Of a DNA stretch of 64,000 bases, positions 1 to 10,847 are shown piece after piece. The stretch covers positions 2,080,001 to 2,144,000 of the forward strand of contig OY968762.1 of assembly GCA_963695225.1 (NCBI GenBank). Reading direction: 5' to 3'. Position 1 is the first letter of the stretch, and the number at the start of each line of letters is the position of its first letter. The notes beneath the pieces were generated by a model. The model was not told the origin of the DNA and did no database searches. It worked only from the letters and a program-made list of their open reading frames with translations. The position numbers and the translations under genes were made by a program. Source of the stretch: Vulcanimicrobiota bacterium (lineage in GTDB: Bacteria; Vulcanimicrobiota; Vulcanimicrobiia; Vulcanimicrobiales; Vulcanimicrobiaceae).

Positions 1-139
1 CTTCGACGCCGGTGACGCCGCTCGAGGTCGGCACGCGCGCGTAGCGGCCGAACGTGCTGCGCAGCGAGAACTGGGCCCACATGCCGAGCAGCAGCCCCGG
101 GAGCGCGAAGACGAGGTAGACCGGATCGAAATAGAACAC
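1..139 (-). CDS. Neutral zinc metallopeptidase (YugP-like), N-terminal part; the gene runs off the window
   Basis: Manual translation from GTG at 139: MFYFDPVYLVFALPGLLLGMWAQFSLRSTFGRYARVPTSSGVTG, typical of this family's N-terminus; AGGAG RBS upstream. Confidence 0.75.
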   Translation of the reverse strand, partial: MFYFDPVYLVFALPGLLLGMWAQFSLRSTFGRYARVPTSSGVTGVE

Positions 140-179
140 GAGCTCCTGATTCTACCCGGCAATGCGGAGCCGAGTTTCA

Positions 180-815
180 TTACGAGCCGAGCACGACCTC
201 GCTGCCCGCCACGAACGTCCCGGGACGTTCGACGTGCGCGTAGATTCCGAGGATCGAAGCGCGCCGCTCGACGACGGCGCGCAAGATGCGCGGATCCGGC
301 CGGCCGTCTTCGACGTCGTAGCTCGTCGTCACGCAGCGAACGATCGGCGCCGTAACGCGCAGACGGACGTCGGAAATCTCGAGCACGCGGCCGGCGAGCT
401 CCGCTTCGCCGGGGCAGCGCCGGCCGGCGGCTGCCCGGACGAACAGATTCGGGCGGTAGCGGCGCGGATCGAGAGCGACGCCGAGGGCGTCTTCAAGCTC
501 GTTCAGCCATGCGTCGCAAACGAGCGAGATAGGGGAATCGTCGAAGAACGGGCCGTCGAAGCGCGGTTCGAGGGCGACGCCGCGTTCCGCCGCGACGGCG
601 AGCGCTCCGGCGGTACTCGTCTGCAGATGGAGCAGGTTGTCTTCCTTACCGCGGTAGGTCTTGCCGCTGCGCGCGTGCCCCGGCGCGGCCACGAAGAGGG
701 CCGCGCGGCGGTCGCCGGAAATCCCCGCCGCATCGGCCGGCGCGAGGGCGAGCGCCTCGCCGCGCAGGCTCTTCACCGGGTAACGCCAGATCTGTTCGAG
801 CGTTCCGAGGATCAT
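180..815 (-). CDS. MOSC domain-containing protein
   Basis: IWRYPVKSLRGE, GDRR, RRYRPNLFV and RCVTTSYD motifs; start trimmed to ATG 815. Confidence 0.85.
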   Translation of the reverse strand: MILGTLEQIWRYPVKSLRGEALALAPADAAGISGDRRAALFVAAPGHARSGKTYRGKEDNLLHLQTSTAGALAVAAERGVALEPRFDGPFFDDSPISLVCDAWLNELEDALGVALDPRRYRPNLFVRAAAGRRCPGEAELAGRVLEISDVRLRVTAPIVRCVTTSYDVEDGRPDPRILRAVVERRASILGIYAHVERPGTFVAGSEVVLGS

Positions 816-875
816 CGTCACTCCGGGGCTGCGCCGACGGGAGCCGCGCACGGCGCGCGGCGAAACGTTGTCGGA

Positions 876-1856
876 GTGATCGCTTCGACGGACAACGCGC
901 CGGCTCTTCGGCCTCTCGGCGTCGGAGAGTTGCTCGACCGTGCGGTGACCCTCTGCGTGAGCCGGCTGGGCACGTTCGCTCTGATCTATCTCGCGTTTGC
1001 GATCCCGCTCGCGATCTTCCAATTCTACGGAACGAGCGATCAATCGAAGGTCGTCTCCGCGATCGTCGATGCGTTTCGGAATGCGGGCGGGAGAGCGCCC
1101 GATCCGGCGGCGCTCAACCGCGCGCTCGGCTCCGCGCCGATGAACGCGTACACCTACTTGTTCTACTTTTTCACGGTCGTCGTCGCTCCGCTCCCCGCTG
1201 CGGCGCTGATCTCCGCGACGTCGCGCGCCTATCTCGGCGAACGAGTCACGTTCGGCGAAGCGTACGCCGTCGCGCTGCGCAAGTGGCTCCCGCTCCTCGG
1301 CGTCGAACTGCTCTATGCCGTCGCGGGCGCGACCGCCTATTTGTTCGCGCTGTTCGCCGGGATCGTGCTGGCGCTCTTGCTCGTTTTGCTCGCGACGGTC
1401 GCGCGTTGGGCCGCCGTCGCAGCGGCGGTCGCGCTCGGTCTCGGGTTCGTCGTTGCAATCGTGTGCGCCGCGACCCTCGTCGTGCTCGCGCTTCAGATTT
1501 CGTTCTTCGCCTGCGTCGTGGAACGCGAGCCGTTCATCGCCGCATTCGCGACCGGGCTGCGGCGCGTCTTCGGCGGGGGGCGGATTTGGCGCTCGCTGGC
1601 CGTCGGCGCCGCATACCTTTCGATTTCGATCGGCATCCTGCTCGTCGCGGGGGCCGGCCAATCGATCCTGCTCGGCTTGATGCGCAACAACGTCCTAGGG
1701 ACGGCCTACGGGGCGTTCCTGCGCGTCGGCACGGTCGCGTTCACGACCGCGTTCATGGCGATCTACTACTACGACGTGCGCGTGCGCTCGGAGGGGCTCG
1801 ACCTTGCGCTCGAGGCGCAGCGGTCGAGCTTCCTGGCGGACGCCGGCGCCGGATGA
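876..1856 (+). CDS. Multi-pass membrane protein of the MoxR cluster (GDPD-membrane-domain-like)
   Basis: LRPLGVGELLDRA N-terminus, several hydrophobic helices, C-terminal YYDVRVRSEGLDL; start GTG 876 inferred. Confidence 0.75.
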   Translation: MIASTDNAPALRPLGVGELLDRAVTLCVSRLGTFALIYLAFAIPLAIFQFYGTSDQSKVVSAIVDAFRNAGGRAPDPAALNRALGSAPMNAYTYLFYFFTVVVAPLPAAALISATSRAYLGERVTFGEAYAVALRKWLPLLGVELLYAVAGATAYLFALFAGIVLALLLVLLATVARWAAVAAAVALGLGFVVAIVCAATLVVLALQISFFACVVEREPFIAAFATGLRRVFGGGRIWRSLAVGAAYLSISIGILLVAGAGQSILLGLMRNNVLGTAYGAFLRVGTVAFTTAFMAIYYYDVRVRSEGLDLALEAQRSSFLADAGAG

Positions 1857-2506
1857 CCGAACGGTGGCCGCACGGCGACCCCGACGCCGTCATCCGTTCG
1901 ATCTTGAGCGATCCAGCCTACGCGGTGCGCGCGGCACACGGCGCGGCACGCGAACCGTCGTTGTGGGAACGCTTCCTGCAGTGGGCGCAGGACGCGGTGC
2001 GCCCGCTCGTCGAGCGCCTCTCCGGCCTGCTCGGGGGCTCTTCGGCGGCCGGCTCCTTCCTCGGTTACGTGCTGATCGGCGCCGCGTTTGCGGGGCTCGT
2101 GTTTTTGCTCGTGCGGATCCTGCGCGCCTATTACGAGCGCGCGCCGGAGCGAAGCCCGCGCCCGCGCGCGCTTCTTCTCGAAGAAGAACGGACGTACGAC
2201 GAGTGGCGCGCGTTCGCGGCGGAGTGCGCCCAGCGCGGCGACTACGCTCGCGCGATCCGTGCCCTGTTCGATGCCGCGCTGGCGGGACTGCACGAGTGCG
2301 GGCTCGTTCCCTTCGATCCGGCCCGCACGCCCGGCGAATACCGCAGGCTCGTGCGCGGCGCACGAGCCGCGGTCGCGCCCGCCTTCGACTCGCTGGCCGA
2401 ACGCTTCGTGTACGCGAGCTACGCGCCGGTCGCACCCGAGCGTGCCGATTTCGAAGCGGCCGCGCGCGCGTTCTCAGCGCTCGAGCCCGAATTGCGGCGC
2501 GCGTGA
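1853..2506 (+). CDS. DUF4129 domain membrane protein
   Basis: GDYARAIRALF...RTPGEY...FVYASY pattern; ATGA overlap with the upstream stop. Confidence 0.75.
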   Translation: MTERWPHGDPDAVIRSILSDPAYAVRAAHGAAREPSLWERFLQWAQDAVRPLVERLSGLLGGSSAAGSFLGYVLIGAAFAGLVFLLVRILRAYYERAPERSPRPRALLLEEERTYDEWRAFAAECAQRGDYARAIRALFDAALAGLHECGLVPFDPARTPGEYRRLVRGARAAVAPAFDSLAERFVYASYAPVAPERADFEAAARAFSALEPELRRA

Positions 2507-3676
2507 AAGCGCGGCTTCGCGGGCTGCCGGTCGGGCAAATCGCGCTCGTCGCGTGCCTCGTCGGGATCCTCGGCATCCTCTCCGCGAACACCGAGCAGCC
2601 GGACGAAGGGCCGCGCTCCGATACCTACTCGAGCTCCGATGCGGCCCCGGGCGGTTACCGCGCGTGGTACGCGCTCCTGCTGCGTCAAGGCGTCGGCGCC
2701 GCACGCTTCGAGGAACGTCCGGCGTTTCTCGACGCTTCGGTCGATACGCTGATCTTCTCGGAGCCGTCGTCCGACGCATTGACCGGCGGCCACACGCGCG
2801 CCGACGACGACGCGCTCGCCGACTGGGTGCATGCCGGCGGCCGGCTCGTCGTTCTGGGGGCGGATCGCTTCTTCGAACGCGACAAGGCGGCACCCAAGCA
2901 GCCTGCCGCGCCGCCGCCTCCGAAGCGGGCGGCCCCCGCCGCAGCCGCAGAACGTCCGATGACGGAGATCGCACCGCAGTGGCGCGCGGCGGGCGTCGCC
3001 CGGCTCGTCAGCGCGGCCGTCGAGCGCTACCGCCCGCGCTCCGGGGAACGCGTTCTCGCGAGCGACGCGCTCGGCGCGCTCGCCGTGCGATACGCGTACG
3101 GCAAGGGGGAGGTCATCGCCGTAGCCGACCGGACGCTGTTCGCGAACCGGCGCATCGCGACCGGGGACCACGCGCGTTTGGCGTACCTGCTCGGGACGCC
3201 GCGCGTCGCGGGCGCGCGCACCGCGTTCGATGAGAGCGTCCACGGCTACGTGGCGCCCGAACATTGGTGGACGATCGTGCCGCGGCCGCTCCTCGTCGCG
3301 ATTCTGATCGTCCTCGCGACGCTCGCGCTCGCACTGCTCGGCGCTGCGATCCGGCTCGGCCCGCCGATCGCCGCCGGGCGGCCGCGCGAGCCGACGTCGG
3401 CGGAGTTCATCGATTCGCTCGCGGCCCTGCTGGCGCGCGGCGGGGCGAGCCGCAAGGCTCTCCGCGACACGTACCGCGCGACGCGCCGCACGCTCGCAAC
3501 CGCGCTCGGCATTCCGGAGGATGCGCCGGCGGAGCGGATCGCCGCGCGGATCGAGCGCGCGGACCTGCGAGGCAACTTCCTGGAACTTGCGAAGCTCAGT
3601 GAATCGGCGAGCGGCCCCTCGAACCTCGTGCGCGGCGCGGCTCTCGCGCACCATTTGCGAAAGGAATTCGGCACGA

Positions 3677-3696
<20 letters not shown>
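2503..3696 (+). CDS. DUF4350 domain protein
   Basis: N-terminal TM helix, STYSSSDAAPGGYRAWYALL, WVHAGGRLVV, FDESVHGY, C-terminal TM helix; GTGA overlap. Confidence 0.75.
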
Positions 3697-4654
<958 letters not shown>

Positions 4655-4662
4655 GGCGCGCG

Positions 4663-5994
4663 ATGCGCGCGCCGTTCCCCGCCGTCTGGCTCTCCGCGCG
4701 CGGCATCTGGGCGCTCCTCGGGCTCGGGCTGCTGGTCGCGCTCGCGAGCTTGGTGCCCGCCCTCGCGATCGTTTCGATCGCGGCCGGCGCGCTTACGGCG
4801 GCGGCCCTCGTCGTCGATTTTCTCTACGGGCCCGGGCCGCGCGCGCTCCGCATCTCACGCGATCCCGTCGAATACGTCGCGTTGCGGCGCCGCGCGCACG
4901 TCACGTATCGCATCGAGAATCGCAGCGAGCTCGGGGTGCGCGTCGGAATCCTCGAAACGCCGGTCGCCGCGCTCGATTTCGACGCCGACGCGCTCGAGGT
5001 CGCGCTCGAGCCGCGCTCCCGCACGGCGGCGACGCAAACGTTCCTGCCGCGCGAGCGCGGCAGGGCCCGCTTCGGGACGATCTACGCGTGGGCGGAGAAC
5101 AGGCTCGGCTTGCTGCGCCGCCGCTTCGCGTTCGAGGGCGCGCAGGACGTGCGCGTCTTCCCCGCTCTCTCCGCCGTCGAAGGCTACGGGCTGCTCGCGC
5201 GGCGCAGCACGCTGCTCGACGCGGGCTTGCGCAAGATGCGCCGGCGCGGCGCCGGGAACGAATTCGAGAGCCTGCGCGAGTACGCGGACGGGGACGCGTT
5301 CCGGACGATCGATTGGAAGGCGACGGCACACCGCGGCCGCCTGATGGTCGCGCAACACGAGGTCGAACGGAGCCAAAACGTCCTCGTCGTCCTCGATGCC
5401 GGCCGTATGATGTGGCCGCGCGTCGGCGCGCAGAGGAAGTTCGATTACGCGGTCACGGCCGCGCTCTCCGTCGCGAAGATCGCGCAGGCCGCCGGCGACA
5501 ACGTCGGGCTGATCGCGTTCGGGGCGAAGCCGCTGCTCACGCTCGCGCCGCGCCGCGGGGCGGCGCACGTCAACGCGCTCGCGCAAGCGGTCTACGACCT
5601 TCAGCCGCGGCTCGAAGAACCGGACTACGAGCTGACGTTCGCCGAGATCCGGCGCCGTTACGGCAAGCGCAGCCTGATCGTGCTCTTCACCGACATGTTC
5701 GATCCCGCAGCCTCCGCGAACGTGCTTTCGGGCCTCGCGATCCTCACGCCGCCGCATCTCGTCATGTGCGTCCTCATGAACGACGCGGCGATCTCGGCCG
5801 CGCTCGCGGCGGAGCCGCGCGACGAAGACGCCGCGTACCGCGCGAGCGTGGCGCTAACGCTCCTCGAAGAGCGCGGCCGGGCGATCGCGACGCTCCGCGC
5901 GCGCGGCATCATCGTCCTCGACGTTCCGGCGGCGGAGTTGACCGTCGCGCTCTTGGACGCCTATCTGGACGCCAAGGGGCGGGGCCTCCTGTAG
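4663..5994 (+). CDS. DUF58 (VWA-like) protein, MoxR partner
   Basis: GNEFESLREYADGDAFRTIDWKATA, VVLDAGRMM, SLIVLFTD. Confidence 0.9.
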   Translation: MRAPFPAVWLSARGIWALLGLGLLVALASLVPALAIVSIAAGALTAAALVVDFLYGPGPRALRISRDPVEYVALRRRAHVTYRIENRSELGVRVGILETPVAALDFDADALEVALEPRSRTAATQTFLPRERGRARFGTIYAWAENRLGLLRRRFAFEGAQDVRVFPALSAVEGYGLLARRSTLLDAGLRKMRRRGAGNEFESLREYADGDAFRTIDWKATAHRGRLMVAQHEVERSQNVLVVLDAGRMMWPRVGAQRKFDYAVTAALSVAKIAQAAGDNVGLIAFGAKPLLTLAPRRGAAHVNALAQAVYDLQPRLEEPDYELTFAEIRRRYGKRSLIVLFTDMFDPAASANVLSGLAILTPPHLVMCVLMNDAAISAALAAEPRDEDAAYRASVALTLLEERGRAIATLRARGIIVLDVPAAELTVALLDAYLDAKGRGLL

Positions 5995-6016
5995 CGCACC
6001 TCCCCGGCGCCCGGCC

Positions 6017-6835
6017 TCAATTCATCGGGAGCGGCCCCGTTCGTTCGCGCCGTGGAAAGGCGCGATCGAGCGCCGCGATCTCGTCGGCGGCGAGTTCGAT
6101 CTCGCCGGCCCGCGCGTTTTCCTCGACGTGCTCGATGCGGGCGGCTTTCGGAATCACGAACACGAGCGGATCGCGCAGCAAGAACGCGAGCGCGATCGCG
6201 GCGGGCGCGGCGTTGCGCTCGCGTGCGATCCGCTCGAGGAGCGCCCGCGCAGCGTCCGACGGCGTGCGCCCGAGCGGCGTGTAGGCGACGAGCGCGCATC
6301 CGTATTCGCGCGCCCATGGCAGTTCGTGCTCCTCGGGCGTGCGCTCGTCGAGGTTGTAGAGCACTTGGTTGCAGGCGATGCGCGCGCGCGATAATCCTGC
6401 AACGGCTTCGCGCAGATCCCACGGGTCGAGATTGCTGACCCCGAGGCTGCGGATCTTCCCCTCTTCATAGAGGCGCTCGAGGCCCGCCATCGTCTCCTCG
6501 AGCGGCACGTCGCCGCGCCAATGCAGCAGGTAGCAATCCAGGTAGTCGGTCCGCAAGCGCGCGAGGCTCCCCTCGCACGACCTCACGATTCCGCGGGCCG
6601 TAGCATTCGACGGCAACACCTTCGAAACGAGGAACAGGGAATCGCGCCGGAAGGGCGCGATCGCTTCGCCCACGATCTCCTCCGAACGCCCGCCGCCGTA
6701 CATCTCGGCCGTATCGATGTGCGTCATTCCGAGCTCGATCCCGCGCCGGAGCGCCTCGCGATCGGGGACCGGCCACGTGCCTTGGCCGACGGCCGAGACC
6801 GCCGGTCCCGATTCACCGAAACGACGCTGTTGCAT
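6017..6835 (-). CDS. Aldo/keto reductase
   Basis: GQGTW, IDTAEMYG, SKVLP, YLLHW, LGVSN, NQVLYNL, VIPKA. Confidence 0.92.
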   Translation of the reverse strand: MQQRRFGESGPAVSAVGQGTWPVPDREALRRGIELGMTHIDTAEMYGGGRSEEIVGEAIAPFRRDSLFLVSKVLPSNATARGIVRSCEGSLARLRTDYLDCYLLHWRGDVPLEETMAGLERLYEEGKIRSLGVSNLDPWDLREAVAGLSRARIACNQVLYNLDERTPEEHELPWAREYGCALVAYTPLGRTPSDAARALLERIARERNAAPAAIALAFLLRDPLVFVIPKAARIEHVEENARAGEIELAADEIAALDRAFPRRERTGPLPMN

Positions 6836-6957
6836 GCTCGCCCTATCCGACGGGCGGGGCCGGGAGTCATCCGGCGGCGGCGCGCCCGGCATAAGGAGAC
6901 CTTAACGTCGGCTGCGTACAATCACGCAAACCTCCTCGCTCAGGGTGGCTAGATTTC

Positions 6958-7620
6958 GTGCGTGAAGAAACCCCGGCTCTGCGCAGTGCGTATCATGAAA
7001 CGCTGGCGGCCACGCGTGCCGAAGCGCAGCGGCTAGGCTCCCTCGCACGGGAGGTCACGGCGCTCGTGCGCGCCGCGCTGGAAAGCCACGATCTGCTTCA
7101 CGTCGGCCGCGTGTTCGAGGAACAGGATCGCATCGACGTTCTCAGCCGGAGCCTGCGCCAGTCGTGCACGGATCTTCTCTGGCGGCAACAACCGCTGGCG
7201 AGCGAGTTCCGCCTCATCACTGCGATCCTCCAGATCGTCACCGACCTCAACGACATCGGGCGGCATGCCGTCGACATCGCCAAGCACGCGATCCGCATCC
7301 GGAGCGCGGAGCGTCTTCCGGCGCTCTCCGAGATCGTGGCGGTTGCAAAGGTTTCGGAGGAGATGTTGGCGTCCGTTTTGCGCGCGTTCGAGACGGGGGA
7401 TGCCGAAGCGGCGGCCGCGGTGATCGCGCGAGAAGACGAACTCGACCGGTCATATTACGCCGCGGTCGATGCGTTGCGCACGGAATTACTGCAGCCTGCG
7501 AACGTCGATGCCGGGACGAACATGCTGTTCATCGTCGCGGCGGTCTACCGCATCGGCGGGCATTCGTGCAGCATCGCGTGGGACGTGGAAGAAATGGCGG
7601 GGCCGGCGGTATCGCGTTGA
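6958..7620 (+). CDS. phoU: Phosphate uptake regulator PhoU family
   Basis: QQPLASEFR, IVTDLNDIGRHAVDIAK and RIGGH repeats of the PhoU fold. Confidence 0.8.
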   Translation: MREETPALRSAYHETLAATRAEAQRLGSLAREVTALVRAALESHDLLHVGRVFEEQDRIDVLSRSLRQSCTDLLWRQQPLASEFRLITAILQIVTDLNDIGRHAVDIAKHAIRIRSAERLPALSEIVAVAKVSEEMLASVLRAFETGDAEAAAAVIAREDELDRSYYAAVDALRTELLQPANVDAGTNMLFIVAAVYRIGGHSCSIAWDVEEMAGPAVSR

Positions 7621-7688
7621 GCGCCGCCGAAGTCTCGCACGGGCGCCGTTGCATGCGCCGCCGTCTCGTCTGAATAGAGGGCTTTCAT

Positions 7689-8033
7689 GTGCTGAAACGA
7701 CTTCTTGCCTTTGCTGCGTTCGTTGCGCTCTCTGCCGCCGTCCCCGTTTCGGCGGAGCTGCCGCCTCCCGGCGTGTATGGAGGCGGCACGATCACGCTCT
7801 ACATGCGTAACGATTTCCAAGGACCGAGCCGGACGTTCTCGCACGACCACCGAACGCTCGAATCGACCGGCTTCAACGACATGGCTTGGTCCGCGATCGT
7901 CCGCTCGAGCCGCTGGCAGCTCTGCACGAATCGAGACTTCTCGGGGCACTGCGTCATCCTCGGGCCGGGGCGTTATCCGACGCTCCAGCGGCGCGGCCTC
8001 GGCGGCAACATCTCTTCGCTCCGGCGCATCTAG
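7689..8033 (+). CDS. Secreted beta/gamma-crystallin domain protein
   Basis: Signal peptide; ITLY..NDFQG, FNDMAWSA, WQLC...DFSGHCVILGPGRYP, GNISSLR Greek-key motifs. Confidence 0.8.
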   Translation: MLKRLLAFAAFVALSAAVPVSAELPPPGVYGGGTITLYMRNDFQGPSRTFSHDHRTLESTGFNDMAWSAIVRSSRWQLCTNRDFSGHCVILGPGRYPTLQRRGLGGNISSLRRI

Positions 8034-9022
8034 GCGGATCCCGCGCGGGGGCCGGCGCCGGCTCCCGCGCTGCGACCCGCGAGCGCCAGGTACGCGGCGA
8101 GCAGGACCGCGGTCAACGCGCCGACGCCGAGCCGAAACGGAACCGTCGTGCGAAGCGGCGAGACGAATCCCTCGATGATCCCGGCGACGACGAGCATCGC
8201 GGCAACGCCGCAAATCAGCGTGCCGGCGCGGCGCGCGTTGAGTTTGAGCGCGTCGATGCGGCGCAAGCGCCCCGGGGCGACGATCGCCCCGGCGAGCAGG
8301 AGGCCGGCGCTCCCCGCGATTTGGATCGCGGAGAGTTCGATGACGCCGTGCGGAGCGATCGTCGCCCAAAAATCGAGGCCGAAGCCCTTCCCGGCGAACA
8401 GGGCGCCGAGGCCGCCGAGCATCAGGCCGTTGTTCAGGATCTCCCACAGCGTGAAGATTCCGGCCGTCATGCCCCCGGCGAAGGCCATCGCAGCGACCTT
8501 GATGTTGTTCGTGATGATGTAGGAGGACATCGCGGGCGCGACGCTGCCGTCGAATGCGAAGTTCGAATCGTGCAGGCTCTTGCGGACTGCCGGAATCTCG
8601 CCGGCCGGAAGCAGCGCGTAGACGTTGAGCGGGCGCTGCGCGACGAGCCCGTACGAAAGGATCGTCGCGACCAGGAAGAGGGCCGTGCACGCGGCGATCG
8701 TCCGCCACGAGGCGCGCACCTCGCGCGGAAACGTCGCCGTAAAGAACGTCGCCAAGCGATCCCATCCCCCGCGTTCGTTTCCCGCGTAGACGTAGGCGTG
8801 CGCGCGCGCGGTCAGGCGATTGAGATATCCGGCGAGATCCGGCGCGTACCCGCGGCTCTGCGCCGTCGCGAGGTCGGAAGTCGCCGCCCGATACAGCCGG
8901 CCGAGCTCGGCGAGTTGCTCGGCGTCGAACGCGCGCAGCCCGCGGCGGTCCGCCTGCGCGAGCAGCTCTTCGAGGCGTTCCCAGCCCGCTTGCCGCCGCA
9001 CCACGAAGCTCCGTTCGCGCAT
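8030..9022 (-). CDS. Stage II sporulation protein M (SpoIIM/DUF95) family membrane protein
   Basis: LYRAATSDLA, IITNNIKVA, NGLMLG, PHGVIEL, AGIIEGFVS. Confidence 0.88.
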   Translation of the reverse strand: MRERSFVVRRQAGWERLEELLAQADRRGLRAFDAEQLAELGRLYRAATSDLATAQSRGYAPDLAGYLNRLTARAHAYVYAGNERGGWDRLATFFTATFPREVRASWRTIAACTALFLVATILSYGLVAQRPLNVYALLPAGEIPAVRKSLHDSNFAFDGSVAPAMSSYIITNNIKVAAMAFAGGMTAGIFTLWEILNNGLMLGGLGALFAGKGFGLDFWATIAPHGVIELSAIQIAGSAGLLLAGAIVAPGRLRRIDALKLNARRAGTLICGVAAMLVVAGIIEGFVSPLRTTVPFRLGVGALTAVLLAAYLALAGRSAGAGAGPRAGSA

Positions 9023-9083
9023 CTCCGTGAAGTGCGCCCTTACGGGCCGGGTTTCATGCCTGCCTTCGGAGAAGCCGCGTAGC

Positions 9084-9830
9084 GTGGAACGCACGATCGA
9101 AGTCGCCACGGGCGAGAGCATCGCGTTCCGTTACGAGCTGGCGGGGCTGGGGAGCCGGTTCTTCGCGGTCTTCATCGACCTTGCGATCCAACTGACGGCG
9201 GCGCTCTCTGCGTTTTTGCTGGTCTCGTGGATCGGCGGAAACCTCCCCGGCAACGCGGCGTTCGCACCGAGCAAGGCGATGGGCTCCGTCTTGATCGCGC
9301 TCTTCATCTTCACGGCGTTCATGATCTTCGTCGGCTACTTCATCGCGTTCGAGTGGCTGTGGGAGGGACGCACGCCCGGCAAGCGCCTCCTTGGGATCCG
9401 GGTCGTGAGGGACGGCGGCTTCCCGCTCGACTTCACGAGCAGCGTCATTCGAAATCTCGTTCGGATCCTGGAGTTCTCATTGGGCTTCTACACGCTCTCG
9501 GCGATCAGCACGCTGCTTTCCCCGCAGAACCGGCGGCTCGGCGATATGGCGGCCGGGACGATCGTCGTGCGCGATCGGAGATTCGAGCGGGAAAGCGTGC
9601 TCGAGCCGTACGCCGAAGAGCGCACGAGCGATCCGCTCGTGCGCGAGCTCTCGGCGGCCGAACGGGATCTGATCCGGCGCTACGTCGCGCGGCGTGCGAA
9701 TCTCGGGGCGGACGCGCGCGCGCAACTCGCGGCGCAGATCGCCGGCCCGATCAGGCCGAAGCTCGCGGCGAACTACGATCATCTCGGCGACGACGAATTG
9801 CTCGTCGCGCTCGTGGAGCGCGCCCTCTAG
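9084..9830 (+). CDS. RDD family membrane protein
   Basis: ELAGLGSRFFAVFID, GRTPGKRLLGIRVV, RRLGDMAAGTIVV. Confidence 0.9.
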   Translation: MERTIEVATGESIAFRYELAGLGSRFFAVFIDLAIQLTAALSAFLLVSWIGGNLPGNAAFAPSKAMGSVLIALFIFTAFMIFVGYFIAFEWLWEGRTPGKRLLGIRVVRDGGFPLDFTSSVIRNLVRILEFSLGFYTLSAISTLLSPQNRRLGDMAAGTIVVRDRRFERESVLEPYAEERTSDPLVRELSAAERDLIRRYVARRANLGADARAQLAAQIAGPIRPKLAANYDHLGDDELLVALVERAL

Positions 9831-9842
9831 CGGCGGCTGCGG

Positions 9843-10847
9843 CTACTTCTCGCGGCGCACGAAACGGGCCGTGAACTCGTTCGCCAAGAAGACCGCGGCG
9901 CGCTTGGTCTCTTCGTAGATCGTCGTCGCCTGCGCCTTGGACATGTGCCGTCCGTGCTCGTAGAAGAACGTGATCCCTTCGCCGACGACGATCGTCCCCG
10001 CGAACGCGATGCCGCCTTTGACGGCGATCCCGGCGATCGGGATGAAGCCCGAGAGTTCGCGCGCGAGCGCACGCCAGCCGAGCCCCCCGCCGACGATCGG
10101 CAGCATCTCCCAGACGCTCGCCATGTTCGGATCCTTGCCGTACGCGGTTCCGATGTTCATGAGGAGCGAGACCTGGATCGCGGTGATCGCCACCATGTCG
10201 CCGGCCGACGCCACGGCGCCGAGGACGAGCCCGAGGACCGGAACGTGATCGACGACCGCGCTCGCCGCCGCGACCTTCAGGGCGTTCGAGGCCGCGTCGC
10301 GCGTGAGTTTCACGGCGACCGTCTCGCGCAACGCCGGGAGGCGGCGGCCGACGGCGACCTCGATCCCCTTGCAGCAGTCGATGAGGTGGGGGAACAGGCG
10401 GCCGCGCAGGTCCTCGCGGGCGAGTCCGGGGACGACGTACGAAGCCTCTTTCCCGGGACCCGGGGCTAGCAGGGGCATCTCCGGTTCGGCGGCCGGGTCG
10501 ACCGTCACGACGAAAATCGGCAGCCCGAGCGCGGTCAGCAGGTCGAGTCGCGCGCCCGCGGCGTCGCCCGGCCGCCCGAGGAAGATCACGCAGCGGGCAT
10601 CGCTCGTGACGACGGTCTGCCGCCGGCTCGGATCGATCGTCTCGATCGTCGCGGCGGCGTCGAGCGGAACGAAGGCGTCGTCGTGCCCGGAGAGCAGCGT
10701 CGCGCGCAATTCCGAGACGAGGGCCGGATCGCCGCAGAGGAAGAACCGGAACGGCCGGCGCGTCTCGGTCGCCGCCGCCTGGGCAGCGACGAGCCGCCTG
10801 ACTTGCGTCAGCACGTCGGGTGCCGCCGTTGCTCCGACCGTTGCCAT
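9843..10847 (-). CDS. Hypothetical protein with a C-terminal DUF697/YcjF-like membrane region
   Basis: C-terminal VPVLGL...GDMVAITAIQVSLLMNIGTAYG...IPIAGIAVKGGIAFAGT. Confidence 0.65.
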   Translation of the reverse strand: MATVGATAAPDVLTQVRRLVAAQAAATETRRPFRFFLCGDPALVSELRATLLSGHDDAFVPLDAAATIETIDPSRRQTVVTSDARCVIFLGRPGDAAGARLDLLTALGLPIFVVTVDPAAEPEMPLLAPGPGKEASYVVPGLAREDLRGRLFPHLIDCCKGIEVAVGRRLPALRETVAVKLTRDAASNALKVAAASAVVDHVPVLGLVLGAVASAGDMVAITAIQVSLLMNIGTAYGKDPNMASVWEMLPIVGGGLGWRALARELSGFIPIAGIAVKGGIAFAGTIVVGEGITFFYEHGRHMSKAQATTIYEETKRAAVFLANEFTARFVRREK